In this document: positions 28,698-39,147 of the stretch, in pieces
How the letters are laid out: the number at the start of each line of letters is the position of its first letter
How positions within the stretch are numbered: position 1 is the first letter of the stretch
From: Candidatus Methanimicrococcus labiotermitis
GTDB lineage: Archaea > Halobacteriota > Methanosarcinia > Methanosarcinales > Methanosarcinaceae
DNA length: 64,000 nt
Direction of reading: 5' to 3'
Assembly: GCA_009784005.1 (NCBI GenBank)
Contig: WRCE01000003.1
Coordinates: forward strand, 10,519-74,518
Made by a program: the position numbers and the translations under genes
The notes under the pieces: model-generated
What the model was told of the DNA's origin: nothing
The model's database searches: none
Seen by the model: only the letters and a program-made list of their open reading frames with translations

Positions 28698-30143
28698 TTA
28701 TTGATTCAGCTGTCTGCCGATGTATTCGTCTAACAAAACGATAAATTCATCGGCTTTTTCGGGCGGGATTGTGCCGCCGGCCGCGATGTCATGGCCGCCG
28801 CCGGCGCCGCCGACAGCTTCGGTGACGTCATTCATCGCTTTTGATAAGTTCATGCCGCGGCGGATTAAGTCTTGGGTGCCGCGGGATGAGATTTTTATGC
28901 CGTCCTCCGAGTCGGCCATGCCGATGATGGGTTTTTTGCGATCTACGTTTTCCAATGACGACGCCATGCCGGCGATGATGCCGACAATCGTTTCTTTAAT
29001 TTCTTCGCCGGAATAGAAGTATTGGATATTTTTCAGCTGTGTGACACCGTTTTCGCGAACAAAATTCAAGCCGTTGACCAGATTTTTACGGTGTTCGGAA
29101 AGCAAGGTGCGGGCGGCTGATAACGCGTCATCCCTGTCACCCATACAAACGCGAACGCCTGTTTCGGCTTTGTCATAGCGGCCGGTCGCGTTTAACAGGG
29201 TTGAAAATTCAGACGCGTCTCTCATTTCCGTTCCTTCTTTTTCATTCAAAAGCGTGTAGCATTCCCGAATCAGTTCCTGTGTGCGGCGGGATGAAAAACC
29301 GCGTTCGTCACAGAATTTCATAAGCGCGGAGATGATGATTCGCTTTTCGTCCATGGAGAGTTCAATCCAAAGTTTTGCCCCGTCGCGTTGGTCGTAGCCG
29401 GCGCCGGCGGTTTGAAGGAAACGAATGCAAGCTTCTTCATCGCCGGTCAATCCCGGCAAATACGGTTCTGACGAAAACTGTAAAATTTTGAAAATCGGGC
29501 GCGTTTGTTTCCCGAAAAGCGACAGGTCGGGAGCGTATTTTATAACGCCGGCTTGTGCGCCTTGTTCCAATATTTCCCGATTCAGGCCGGCAAGTTTGCC
29601 GTATTTTCGGTTTTGCATATCGCCGATGGCGCCAACGATTGCGAGTCCCGCCAAATCGGTATTGTCCGTTTCTTTGCCGCCGATTTCGCAAGCCAAAATG
29701 TAAGAGACGCCCGAGCCGCTGATTTCAAAACCGCCGTTTGCGCCAAAGAGATGCGGGTTGATGTGATACGGAAACGTTGCCGAGTCCGCGGCAATATTTT
29801 CCGGCCTGCCGTTTGGCTGATGGTGGTCGGCAATGACGGCGCTCATGCGGTTGTCGACAATAAAATCAACCATGGCGCTTCCGAGGTCAGTAAAAACAAG
29901 CATCTCATGGTTTTCTTCCAAAAGACGCACCATGACGCGCTCGTCTAATTTTTTGACGAATTCGGCCGTATAAGGAATGCCGGCGCGCTCAAAAGAAAGA
30001 TTCATGATCGCGGCCGAAGAGATGCCGTCGGCATCGATGTGAGACACCAGATGAACCTTTTTCGCCTGTTTCAGTTTTTCAGCGCAAAGGGCCGCTCGCT
30101 CACTTAATTTTGCAAAAGTATCGGAAACCATGTTTTCACTCAT
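28698..30143 (-). CDS. DHH/DHHA1 phosphoesterase, archaeal RecJ-like (GAN/Cdc45-like) nuclease
   Basis: DHH motifs VHLVSHIDADGISS, DLGS and IADHHQP, plus DHHA1 GGGHDIAAGG. Confidence 0.8.
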   Translation of the reverse strand: MSENMVSDTFAKLSERAALCAEKLKQAKKVHLVSHIDADGISSAAIMNLSFERAGIPYTAEFVKKLDERVMVRLLEENHEMLVFTDLGSAMVDFIVDNRMSAVIADHHQPNGRPENIAADSATFPYHINPHLFGANGGFEISGSGVSYILACEIGGKETDNTDLAGLAIVGAIGDMQNRKYGKLAGLNREILEQGAQAGVIKYAPDLSLFGKQTRPIFKILQFSSEPYLPGLTGDEEACIRFLQTAGAGYDQRDGAKLWIELSMDEKRIIISALMKFCDERGFSSRRTQELIRECYTLLNEKEGTEMRDASEFSTLLNATGRYDKAETGVRVCMGDRDDALSAARTLLSEHRKNLVNGLNFVRENGVTQLKNIQYFYSGEEIKETIVGIIAGMASSLENVDRKKPIIGMADSEDGIKISSRGTQDLIRRGMNLSKAMNDVTEAVGGAGGGHDIAAGGTIPPEKADEFIVLLDEYIGRQLNQ

Positions 30144-30527
30144 TTGAATTAAAGCTGTAAATGCCTATGACATGTATTGCTGATTTAAAAAGATGATGAA
30201 ACGGCGCGTCAAAAATGAGCCCGCGCTTTTCATCGCCGGTGCCGGTTTCTCTGAAATGGCACGCGCCGCGATTGAATGCGTGAACCTTGAATTTTTAAGA
30301 ATCTTGATTTTTAAGAATCCTGAATATTTAAGAATCCTTAACTTTTGAAAAAAACATCGGCTCCCTCTTTCACCTCTGAAATTAAACCGGTTTTTTGTGA
30401 GAATCCCGAAAAGTCATTAAATTTATATTTGTTTTTGACCTTTCACTACTTTCTTTAAAGAACAAATAACAAGAACAATATTACATAATTGAAACACGAT
30501 TGTTGAATTATTTACCGGAGTTAAAAA

Positions 30528-31880
30528 ATGCCGATCCATCCGATTGAATTCCGTTACGGGACCAAGGAAATGAAAGACGTCTGGTCTCAGGAAAACCGAT
30601 TAAAAACACTGATTCAAACTGAAATTGCCCTCGCCAAAGCCGAAGCCGACCTCGGTATGATTCCGCGAGCGGCCGCCGACGAAATTGAAAAGACGCTTTC
30701 GCTTGTGAAATGGGAACGCGTCGATGAAATCGAACGCGAAATCAATCATGATATGATGGCGGTTGTGAAAGCCATTGCCGAACAATGCCAAGGCGATGCC
30801 GGCAAATGGGTCCACTTCGGCGCAACGTCCAACGATATTTTGGACACGGCGACAGCGCTTCAGTTAATTGCGGCGGCCGGCATTATGGAAGAAAAACTTT
30901 TCCGCTTGCTTGCCGTACTCGTTAAACTTTCAAAAGAGCACAAAAACACCGTTTGCTGCGGCCGGACGCACGGACAGATCGGCGTTCCGACAACTTACGG
31001 CCTCAGAATAGCGATTTGGGCTTCAGAAATTGACCGCCACATCGACCGCTTGAACGAACTTCGACCCCGTATCAGTGTCGGTCAAATGACAGGAGCCGTC
31101 GGCACGCAAGCGGCCTTTGGGAAAAACGGCATTGAGCTCCAAAGGAAAACAATGGAATATTTAGAAATCGGCTCGGTTGACGTGTCCAACCAATTGATTC
31201 AAAGAGACCGCCACGCCGAATTCGTGATGTGGATGGCAGGCGTTGTCACAACGCTTGACAAAATCGGAACGGAAATCCGCTCCATGCAGCGCAGTGAAAT
31301 CGGAGAACTCGAAGAAGGATTCGGTAAAAACCAGGTAGGCTCTTCGACCATGCCTCATAAAAGAAATCCGATTAAGTCGGAACAGATTTGCGGTTTGGCG
31401 CGCATTGTCCGCGGATTCGTGGAAACCGAACTTTTAAACAACACGCTGTGGGACGAACGCGACCTGACAAACTCTTCCGCCGAAAGAATCGTTTTCCCGG
31501 AAGGCTGCATTTTAACAGATCACATTATCAACCTCGGTATCAATGTTCTTGATAATTTGAGATTTAATCCGACCAACATTGACCGGAATTTGCATATTCT
31601 CAACGGTTTGAACATGGGCGAAGCCGTTATGATCGAACTGACGCTTCGGGGCGTCGGCCGTCAGGAAGCGCATGAAATTGTCCGCGTGGCCGCCATGAAA
31701 TCGGTTGAGGCGAATATCCACTTTAAAGACGCGCTGTTGGAAGACAAAGAGCTGGCCGCCGTTTTGACCGGCGATGATATTGAAAATCTGGTGAACCCGT
31801 ACAAATACATCGGAACGGCTGTCGAGCAGGTCGAGAATCTGAATCAAAAATTAAAATTAAAACACGGAAATAAGATTTAA
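30528..31880 (+). CDS. purB: Adenylosuccinate lyase
   Basis: 450 aa. Fumarate-lyase signature GSSTMPHKRNP. The N-terminus IHPIEFRYGT.EM is typical of PurB. Confidence 0.93.
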   Translation: MPIHPIEFRYGTKEMKDVWSQENRLKTLIQTEIALAKAEADLGMIPRAAADEIEKTLSLVKWERVDEIEREINHDMMAVVKAIAEQCQGDAGKWVHFGATSNDILDTATALQLIAAAGIMEEKLFRLLAVLVKLSKEHKNTVCCGRTHGQIGVPTTYGLRIAIWASEIDRHIDRLNELRPRISVGQMTGAVGTQAAFGKNGIELQRKTMEYLEIGSVDVSNQLIQRDRHAEFVMWMAGVVTTLDKIGTEIRSMQRSEIGELEEGFGKNQVGSSTMPHKRNPIKSEQICGLARIVRGFVETELLNNTLWDERDLTNSSAERIVFPEGCILTDHIINLGINVLDNLRFNPTNIDRNLHILNGLNMGEAVMIELTLRGVGRQEAHEIVRVAAMKSVEANIHFKDALLEDKELAAVLTGDDIENLVNPYKYIGTAVEQVENLNQKLKLKHGNKI

Positions 31881-31947
31881 GCGAGATTGGGCTTTGAAAT
31901 GAGGATTTTTCTGAAATTTTAAAGGTTATTGTTTAAGATTTGTAATC

Positions 31948-32110
31948 CTCATTCTTTTTTTTCACCCATTTTTTAATTCACTCATTCTTTTTTTCCACCC
32001 ATTTTTTAATTCACTCATTCTTTTTTCCACCCATTTTTTTATTCACTCATTATTTTTTTCACCCATTTTTTAATTCACTCATTATTTTTTCACTCGGTTT
32101 TTAATTCCAA
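31948..32110. repeat. Intergenic minisatellite, ~32-bp unit (CACCCATTTTTTAATTCACTCATTCTTTTTTT), about 5 copies
   Basis: Read directly downstream of purB. Confidence 0.85.
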
Positions 32111-32434
32111 CGGGATTTTTTTCTTGCATGACTGTCATTCAGATGGCTATATATATTTACATGACTTTAATTTGAATGGATGTAATTTGAATCGTTTGAA
32201 CTCCGGGACATACGATTTTAAATCAAAATCCAAGTATATTTAATAGATTTTATATCGATTTTTCATTAATAATTACCTTTATTAATAAGAAGATTTTATT
32301 GATTATTGTCTCTTTCTGAGAGACTTTGATGAATAATGTTTTTTCGGATTTCCAATTCATTTCAAAAAGAAATGCAAATCTGCAAATAAGAAATTAAATG
32401 AAAATCAGACATTAAATCGAAAACAAGTGATACG

Positions 32435-33148
32435 ATGACAGAAGAATATTGCGATTGCTGGGAATACGAAAAACCGATTTCCCTTCCTCTGATCGGCGAT
32501 GAAGCGCCTGCTTTTGAAGCTCAGACAACAAATGGTATGATGAAATTCCCTGAAGAATACAAAGGGAAATGGGTTATTCTTTTCAGCCACCCCGCTGACT
32601 TCACACCTGTCTGTACAACCGAATTTATCACATTCGCGACCATGCAGGCCGAGTTCGAAAAATTAAACACTGAACTCATCGGCCTTTCCATCGACAGCAT
32701 CTTCGCGCACGTCGCTTGGTTAAAAGAAATCAAAGACAATATTGAATACAAAGGCCTCAAGAACGTTGATATCAAGTTCCCCGTGATTGCCGACATCAAA
32801 ATGGAAGTCGCCAAAAAATACGGTATGCTTCAACCCAACGCTTCCGACACGAAAGCGATTCGCGCTGTTTTCATCATCAACCCCGAATCAGTTATCAAAG
32901 CCATCCTTTACTACCCTCTGTCTGCCGGCAGAAACATGCAGGAAATTAAGAGATTATTGCTCGCCCTTCAGTTGAACGCCAAAGAAGGCGTGGCAACGCC
33001 TGCCAACTGGCAGCCCGGAGATGATGTCATTCTCGGCGCGCCTGAAACCTTCAAAGACGCGAAAACAAGAGACAGCTGGAAATCCGATGGCGATAAAACC
33101 ATCCACTCTTGGTTCCTTGTTACTAAAAAGACCAAAAAGAGCAAATAA
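32435..33148 (+). CDS. Peroxiredoxin (Prx6/1-Cys-like)
   Basis: Active site FSHPADFTPVCTTEF. Downstream HVAWL and FIIDP-like (FIINPES) motifs. Confidence 0.9.
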   Translation: MTEEYCDCWEYEKPISLPLIGDEAPAFEAQTTNGMMKFPEEYKGKWVILFSHPADFTPVCTTEFITFATMQAEFEKLNTELIGLSIDSIFAHVAWLKEIKDNIEYKGLKNVDIKFPVIADIKMEVAKKYGMLQPNASDTKAIRAVFIINPESVIKAILYYPLSAGRNMQEIKRLLLALQLNAKEGVATPANWQPGDDVILGAPETFKDAKTRDSWKSDGDKTIHSWFLVTKKTKKSK

Positions 33149-33224
33149 TTCAAATGACGCGGCAATTGAGTATGAGTATTCGTACTCAATTGCATATTTT
33201 AACTCCATAAACACGACGTAACGA

Positions 33225-33415
33225 CAAAACGTACCAACCTTTATTTAAAAACGAACACAAAACGTACCAAAAAACGTTCCAAAAATCGTTCCAAAAATCG
33301 TTCCAAAAAACGTTCCAAAAAACGTTCCAAAAACGTTCCAAAAACGTTCCAAAAACGTACCAACAAAACGTATCAACGAAACGTTCCAACCTTTATTTAA
33401 AAACGAACACAAACC
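33225..33415. repeat. Minisatellite (CGTTCCAAAAA)n bracketed by a ~30-bp direct repeat (CCAACCTTTATTTAAAAACGAACACAAA)
   Basis: Read directly downstream of the peroxiredoxin gene. Confidence 0.8.
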
Positions 33416-33439
33416 CTTCAAAAACGAACGCGAAAGACG

Positions 33440-34660
33440 GTAAAATTGCCGGCTTTTCCTTTTTCCGATTTGATTGTGAAAATAGAAGAGCCCTATTTTA
33501 TTTCACCCGAATGGCTGACGGGCGTAGCCTTTTTCGGTTCATCACACCTCAGATTTATGCACTGTATGAATGCTTTGGCATTCAGTGCATAATTTATCCC
33601 ACCACAAAACAAAAACACACACAACCACAAATCCGTATCAGAAAAAATGACACGGTAAAAGCCGGCAATTTTTGCCGGCAATCCCTATTTTGAATCAGAA
33701 CATGAAAAAACGAATCATTTTTTGATTTAACAAAAAATACACAAGCGGAGCCGTTTTTGGCCCATCGCGTTTATGCGCCGCATGATTGCTTTGTCATCCG
33801 GTGCATAGATTACTCCAACATCCATACACACAAAAACACACACAAAACACAAACAAAACACAAACCGTGTCAAGAAAAATGACACGGAAAAAGCCGGCAA
33901 TTTTTGTCGGCTTATCTCCATTTTGAATCAAATCATGAAAAAACGAATCATTTTTTGATTTAACCAAAAATACACAATCGGAACCATTTTTGGTCTATCA
34001 CGATTATGCACTGAATGAATTCTTTGTCATCCGGTGCATAATAACCCCACCACAAAAACGAAACACACACAAAAACACACACAAAACGTAAATCCGTGTC
34101 AGAAAAAAATGACACGGTAAAAGCCGGCAATTTTTGCCGGCAATCCCTATTTTGAATCAAATCATGACATAAACGAATCATTTTTTGATTTAACCAAAAT
34201 GACGAACGGAACCGTTTTTGGTCCATCACGTTTATGCACCGTGCGAATGCTTTGGCATTCGGTGCATAATTTATCCACCACACACAAAACACACACAAAA
34301 ACACACGCATGAAAAAAATCCGTGTCAGTAAAATGGCACGGAAAAAGCCGGCAATTTTTGCCGGCTAATCCCTATTTTGAATCAAATCATGACAAAACGA
34401 ATCATTTTTTGATTTAACCAAGAATGACGGACTGAACCGTTTTTTGATTTAACCGAAAATGACGGACGGAGTCGTTTTTTGATTTAACCAAGAATGACGG
34501 ACGGAGTCGTTTTTTGGCCCATCACGTTTATGCACCGCATGAATGCTGTCATCCGGCGCATAATTTTCTCCACCATACACACAAAACACACACATGAAAA
34601 AATCCGTTTCAGAAAAATGACGCGGTAATAGCCGGCAATTTTTGCCGGCTAATCTCTTTT
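33440..34660. repeat. Family-2 tandem array: five units of about 216-284 bp, each with the same set of hairpins and a CA-rich tract
   Basis: The anchor AGCCGGCAATTTTTGCCGGC recurs near 33660, 33892, 34131, 34347 and 34631. Each unit also has CCGTGTCA-N7-TGACACGG and TATGCACCG(TGC)GAATGC-TTTG-GCATTCGGTGCATA hairpins and a (CACACAAAA)n tract. Confidence 0.85.
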
Positions 34661-34671
34661 TTTAAATCAGA

Positions 34672-34860
34672 TTCTGAAGGCTCAGAAGATCCCGAAGGCT
34701 CAGAAGATCCCGAAGGCTCAGAAGATCCCAAAGGCTCAGAAGATCCCAAAGGCTCAGAAGATTCCAAGGCTCAGAAGGCCCCAAAGGCTCAGAAGGTCCT
34801 AAAGGCTCAGAAGATCCCAAAAGCTCAGAAGATCCCAAAAGCTCAGAAGACCCCGAAAGT
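34672..34860. repeat. Minisatellite, 18-bp unit (GAAGGCTCAGAAGATCCC), about 10 copies, abutting the 3' end of the kinase-like membrane gene
   Basis: Read directly. It yields the spurious LGSSELLGSSE ORF. Confidence 0.88.
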
Positions 34861-35517
34861 TTCAAAAATAAACAGCATGGCAACCATTAATACGCCGAAA
34901 ACAATCGGAATCAGAAGGTTGTCATCCACTCGAATTTGCTTGCTGTAAATTTCAGAAACGGCTGTCACCGGAATGGAAGCAATCGCTGCCAAAATGAAAG
35001 GGGCGTCCAATTTCAAAACAACGGCGAAGCCCGCTAAAAAAAGATAGGAAACGCCGATAAAGGCGAGCGTTCCTTCAACCGATTTTCCGTTCTTGAATTT
35101 ATGTTTCCCAAAGCGCATGCCGATGAGCGCAGCGAAAGCGTCCCCGAAAATCAAAATAGTAATGCCGAGCATAGCAACATATTTCGGGAAGAGAAGAACG
35201 GATAAAAAACAGCCGAGCAAGAACCAGTTGGAACTGATATAGCCGTATTTTTCATTGTCGCGCAAGATGAAAGAGAAATATTTGACTTTGATGTCATTCA
35301 AAAACTTGAGTTTTGAATACAAAAGCAAAGAATTGCAGGCGAAAAGAAGAATCAAAGCAATGCCGATAACAAGACATGCCGCCGTCCTGTCGGTAAAATA
35401 AATGAAAACAACGATTAAAAACGCAAGCATATGAAGGATTTTCCGGGAAACCTCATTTCTGTATTTTTTTCCGGAAGCCGCCTTCTCATTTTGGGATGAA
35501 TTTTGAATGCCGGTCAT
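34843..35517 (-). CDS. Polyprenol/dolichol kinase-like membrane protein (CdsA-related CTP-transferase superfamily)
   Basis: Polytopic protein. SRKILHMLAF... and FGDAFAALIGMRFGKHKF..GKSVEGTLAF match this family. Confidence 0.6.
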   Translation of the reverse strand: MTGIQNSSQNEKAASGKKYRNEVSRKILHMLAFLIVVFIYFTDRTAACLVIGIALILLFACNSLLLYSKLKFLNDIKVKYFSFILRDNEKYGYISSNWFLLGCFLSVLLFPKYVAMLGITILIFGDAFAALIGMRFGKHKFKNGKSVEGTLAFIGVSYLFLAGFAVVLKLDAPFILAAIASIPVTAVSEIYSKQIRVDDNLLIPIVFGVLMVAMLFIFETFGVF

Positions 35518-35574
35518 TGAATCAATAATTAAAGTTTCTTTATTGTATTTAACCGTTCACAAAAGATTATTGAT

Positions 35575-35860
35575 TCAAGAACAGGACACGGAGATATATC
35601 GGTTTGAGAACAAGACACAGAGAAATTTTGGCAAGACAAACAAGAACAAGAAATTTTTGACTCAGGGCAAACAGGGCATAAGAAATTTTGGACTCAGGAA
35701 AAACATGACGCCGAAAATTTTGGCTCAAGACAAACATGACACCGAAAATTTTGGCTCAAGACAGACAAGGCACCGAAAATTTGCCACAGGACAAACAGGG
35801 CACAAGACAAACGAGCCGCAAAAATTTTTTGCCTCAAGAAAAACGGACCCAAAAAACCAA
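35575..35860. repeat. Intergenic minisatellite, ~36-bp unit (GACAAACATGACACCGAAAATTTTGGCTCAA), about 7 degenerate copies
   Basis: Read directly upstream of the kinase-like membrane gene. Confidence 0.8.
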
Positions 35861-36203
35861 CGCAAATGACGTGAGGCGCTGAATTCCGACTCAACTCAGA
35901 TTGCGTAAAAAGCAAACGTGGTTAATATAATCGAACAAAATGTATTTATTTGATAATAGCAATTCACCCATGATTTCATCAAATATCGGTTTGATGTTTT
36001 TGAAAAGGGAAGCGTTATTTTTGTCGTTATTAAAAACAAAAAGTAATAAATGAAAATCTGCGGATGAAACGAGTAAAACAACTTGTTATGATTAACAACG
36101 GATTTTTGATTTAAAGCGATTCGATATCGAGTCGCGAAAAATGATCTTCGCCGAAGCAAAAACATAATTGACCCATCAATGAAATTTCTGCAGGTGAAAA
36201 TTC

Positions 36204-38120
36204 ATGAACATGCTCATTATTTTCGGCGTTATCCTGGCAATCTATACATTATCTTTGCTGGGCGTCGGATGGTACTATAATAAAAGACAAAAATCAGTCG
36301 TAGACTTCTGGCTTGCCGGAAGAAAAATCGGTTACATACCGCTTGGTCTCTCCGCGGCTGCTTCCTGGATTACGGGCGGCGGTATTTTAGCGGTGACGGC
36401 GGCCTATTTACTCGGCGGTGTCGGGTCCATTTGGACATTCGCCGCCCCCAACTTTATCGCGCTTTTCTGTATCGGTCTTTTGGCCTCCAAAATAAAGAAT
36501 TTACCGGCTATCACACAAGCCGAACTTTTAGAACAGAGATACGCAAGCTCTATTCGTTTACCCGTTGCAATCATTATTACAATTGTTATGATGCTTTTCG
36601 CGGCGGCCGACGTTTCAGGTATGAGACTCATCCTCAGCGTCTTTTTCGGAATTGATCCGGTATACGCCGTGGCCATTATCGCGATTTCCGTTTCCGCGTA
36701 TATTTTGCTCGGCGGTTTTTCCGCCGTCGTTTGGACGAATTTGATTCAGTACAGCCTTTTGGCAGCGGCAACCATCATCATGACAATTGCCGTTTTGTTT
36801 GTGGCATCCGATGTCAGCATGCTTTCTGTCAGCGATTTCGTCACAACCTCGCAATCGTCCACCGGCTGGTGGAATCCGTTCACCATCGGAATACCGCTCA
36901 TCCTCATTTTCTGTATCGCAATCATTCCGGGATGGATTTCCGAACAAGACCAATGGCAAAAAGTTTGGGCCTCAAAAGATGAAAAGAATGCCAGAAAAGG
37001 TTTCTTCCTCGGTTCATTTTTAGTTTTCATCATTTTCGGTGTTTGCTGCTGTCTCCTTGGTCTTGGTCTTCGCTATCTTTTCCCCGAAATCACAACAATG
37101 GGTGATGCCGAAGTCGCTCTTTTGCACTTCACGATGAGCAATTTCTCAGTCGTCGGCGTTGTGTTGATTTCTCTCGGTTTGACGGCCGCCGCCATGTCCA
37201 GTATGGACACGTTCGCGACATCCGGCGGTTCTACGCTCTCTCGTGACCTTTACCAGAGATACCTCAGACCTGACGCAACAATGAAGGAATTAAAAGTCGT
37301 AAACAGAGCCACCGTTTTAATCATCATTCTCGGCGCCTCCGCCATCTCCTTTACGGATATCAACATCATTGAATACATCCACATCGCGACGTACATTGCA
37401 AGCGCCGCCTACTTCTTCCCGCTCATGGGAGGGCTTTTCTGGAGCAGGGCAACCAAAGAAGGCGCGATTGTTTCTCTGCTTGTCGGCGGAACTGCCCAGA
37501 TTTTTATGATTATACTCGATCTGTACATGGGCAAAAACGCGGCCGGCATTTACTACTTTGACACGATTCACCCGATTTTGTCATGTCACGGCGTCATCGT
37601 CGCAATGGCGCTCAGCGGCGCTTCATTGTTCATCGTTTCCATGATGACAAAGAAATCTTCCGTCTACAACTTAGCGCCGTTCTTTACAAAAGAAGCCAAA
37701 GCGCTTGAGAGAGACGAAGTGAACGTTGTTGACAAAGAGTCTGCCGAATACGGCGGTTACCACGGCTCCTTAAGAGTGAAACCCAACGGTGACCGTGAAC
37801 GCCTTCAGCTTGACTTGAAAGCTTCTGCCCCCTTGAACTGGGAACGCTTTGTCGCGGAACTCAGAATGAAGAACGAAGCATGGTTCACTTCCTCAGGAAG
37901 AAACACGCTTTATCGCCTGACCCACGGAGACTTGCTCTCTTGTCCGACGATTTCACGCGGCTCCAACGAACAGGAAATCTGGATTACAGCTGAACCGCGC
38001 GTTGAAAGCACATCTGTCGTGCAGGTGGAAATCTATCTGGCATACAATGAAATTATGGAGACGCTCAGATCCATGGGCATCTTAACCGATATCATGAAGC
38101 CGGACGAACGATCCTTGTAA
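36204..38120 (+). CDS. Sodium:solute symporter family transporter with a ~150-aa soluble C-terminal extension
   Basis: About 13 TM helices with SSF-like patterns (FWLAGRKIG, ...GGFSAVVWTNLIQ). A GGTGA RBS lies upstream. Confidence 0.82.
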   Translation: MNMLIIFGVILAIYTLSLLGVGWYYNKRQKSVVDFWLAGRKIGYIPLGLSAAASWITGGGILAVTAAYLLGGVGSIWTFAAPNFIALFCIGLLASKIKNLPAITQAELLEQRYASSIRLPVAIIITIVMMLFAAADVSGMRLILSVFFGIDPVYAVAIIAISVSAYILLGGFSAVVWTNLIQYSLLAAATIIMTIAVLFVASDVSMLSVSDFVTTSQSSTGWWNPFTIGIPLILIFCIAIIPGWISEQDQWQKVWASKDEKNARKGFFLGSFLVFIIFGVCCCLLGLGLRYLFPEITTMGDAEVALLHFTMSNFSVVGVVLISLGLTAAAMSSMDTFATSGGSTLSRDLYQRYLRPDATMKELKVVNRATVLIIILGASAISFTDINIIEYIHIATYIASAAYFFPLMGGLFWSRATKEGAIVSLLVGGTAQIFMIILDLYMGKNAAGIYYFDTIHPILSCHGVIVAMALSGASLFIVSMMTKKSSVYNLAPFFTKEAKALERDEVNVVDKESAEYGGYHGSLRVKPNGDRERLQLDLKASAPLNWERFVAELRMKNEAWFTSSGRNTLYRLTHGDLLSCPTISRGSNEQEIWITAEPRVESTSVVQVEIYLAYNEIMETLRSMGILTDIMKPDERSL

Positions 38121-38274
38121 TTTCAAAAACAGCAACAAAACGTATGTTATTTCCGCCGCCTTTGGTCGACAACAAATTAATTGTTTCGGCTGAAGGCGGT
38201 TTTTTTATTTCCTTTCGTTTATTTTCGTTACATCGTTTTTTCCTTTTGTTTCTGTTTTTTCCTTTTTTTTGATG

Positions 38275-39003
38275 AATAAAAGAGTGTTTCATTTTTGTTA
38301 TTCTTTGAAAAGTTCAAGTACGACCGCAATTTCGGATTTCGGTAGCGAAGCGGACGAAAGACGAAAATGCGGCGCGCGACCTATTTTTATCAATATTATC
38401 AACATCCTTCTTCTCATCAGTACAGATTAACAATAAATCGACAACTGCATCGGACAATAAACCGGCAACAGCATCAGCACCAGCATCAGCAAATAATGAT
38501 AATAGCCGTTCATTCCGATTCCGTTCTTCGCTGCGCTCAGACCGGAATTCGTAATGAACGGTCGGTTTTAGGGGCTAAAAGAGAAGAAAAAATGAAACAC
38601 CAATTCATTCGTTTTATTCAAACCCGAACGCCGCTTTTTTAAAACCTGAAAGATAAGTTTCGGGAAAAGGGGCGTTCCCTTTTCTTATTTTTTGAAGAAA
38701 GGGGTGTTTCATTTTTTTTATTCATCGAAAGTTCAAGTACGACCGCAATTTCGGATATCGGGAGTGAAGCGGACGAAAGACGAAAATGCGGCGCACGACC
38801 TATTTTTATCAATATTATCAGCATCCTTCGTTCCATTAGTACAGATTGGCAATAAACCGGCAACAAGAAGAAAAAATGAAACACCAATTCATTCGTTTTA
38901 TTCAAAATCAGAACGCCGCTTTTTTAAAACCTGAAAGATAAGTTTCGGGAAAAGGGGCGTTCCCTTTTCTTATTTTTCTAAGAAGGGGGTGTTTCATTTT
39001 TCT
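38275..39003 (-). repeat. Family-1 composite structured repeat, inverted orientation (M1-core-M2-M3-M1-M3)
   Basis: Reverse complements of M1 (about 38301-38390 and 38722-38805), M2 (about 38480-38580) and M3 (about 38585-38710 and 38870-39000). Confidence 0.85.
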
Positions 39004-39147
39004 CAGTTATTTTGCCGCGTCCTTTGAGGGCGCCGGATTGATGCGGATGACAGATACTTGAAGCTGATGACAGATGCTGAAAACCTTCGTAAAATAATCT
39101 TAAATATAATAACTGCCTTTAATGGCAAAAGTTCAAGGAACATTTTT

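Noticed and set aside
33440-34660. Possible CRISPR array (regularly spaced GC-rich palindromes).
   Set aside because: The whole ~230-bp unit is repeated, including the sequence between the palindromes. There are no unique spacers, the period is far too long, and no cas genes are present. The short minisatellites elsewhere likewise have no spacers.
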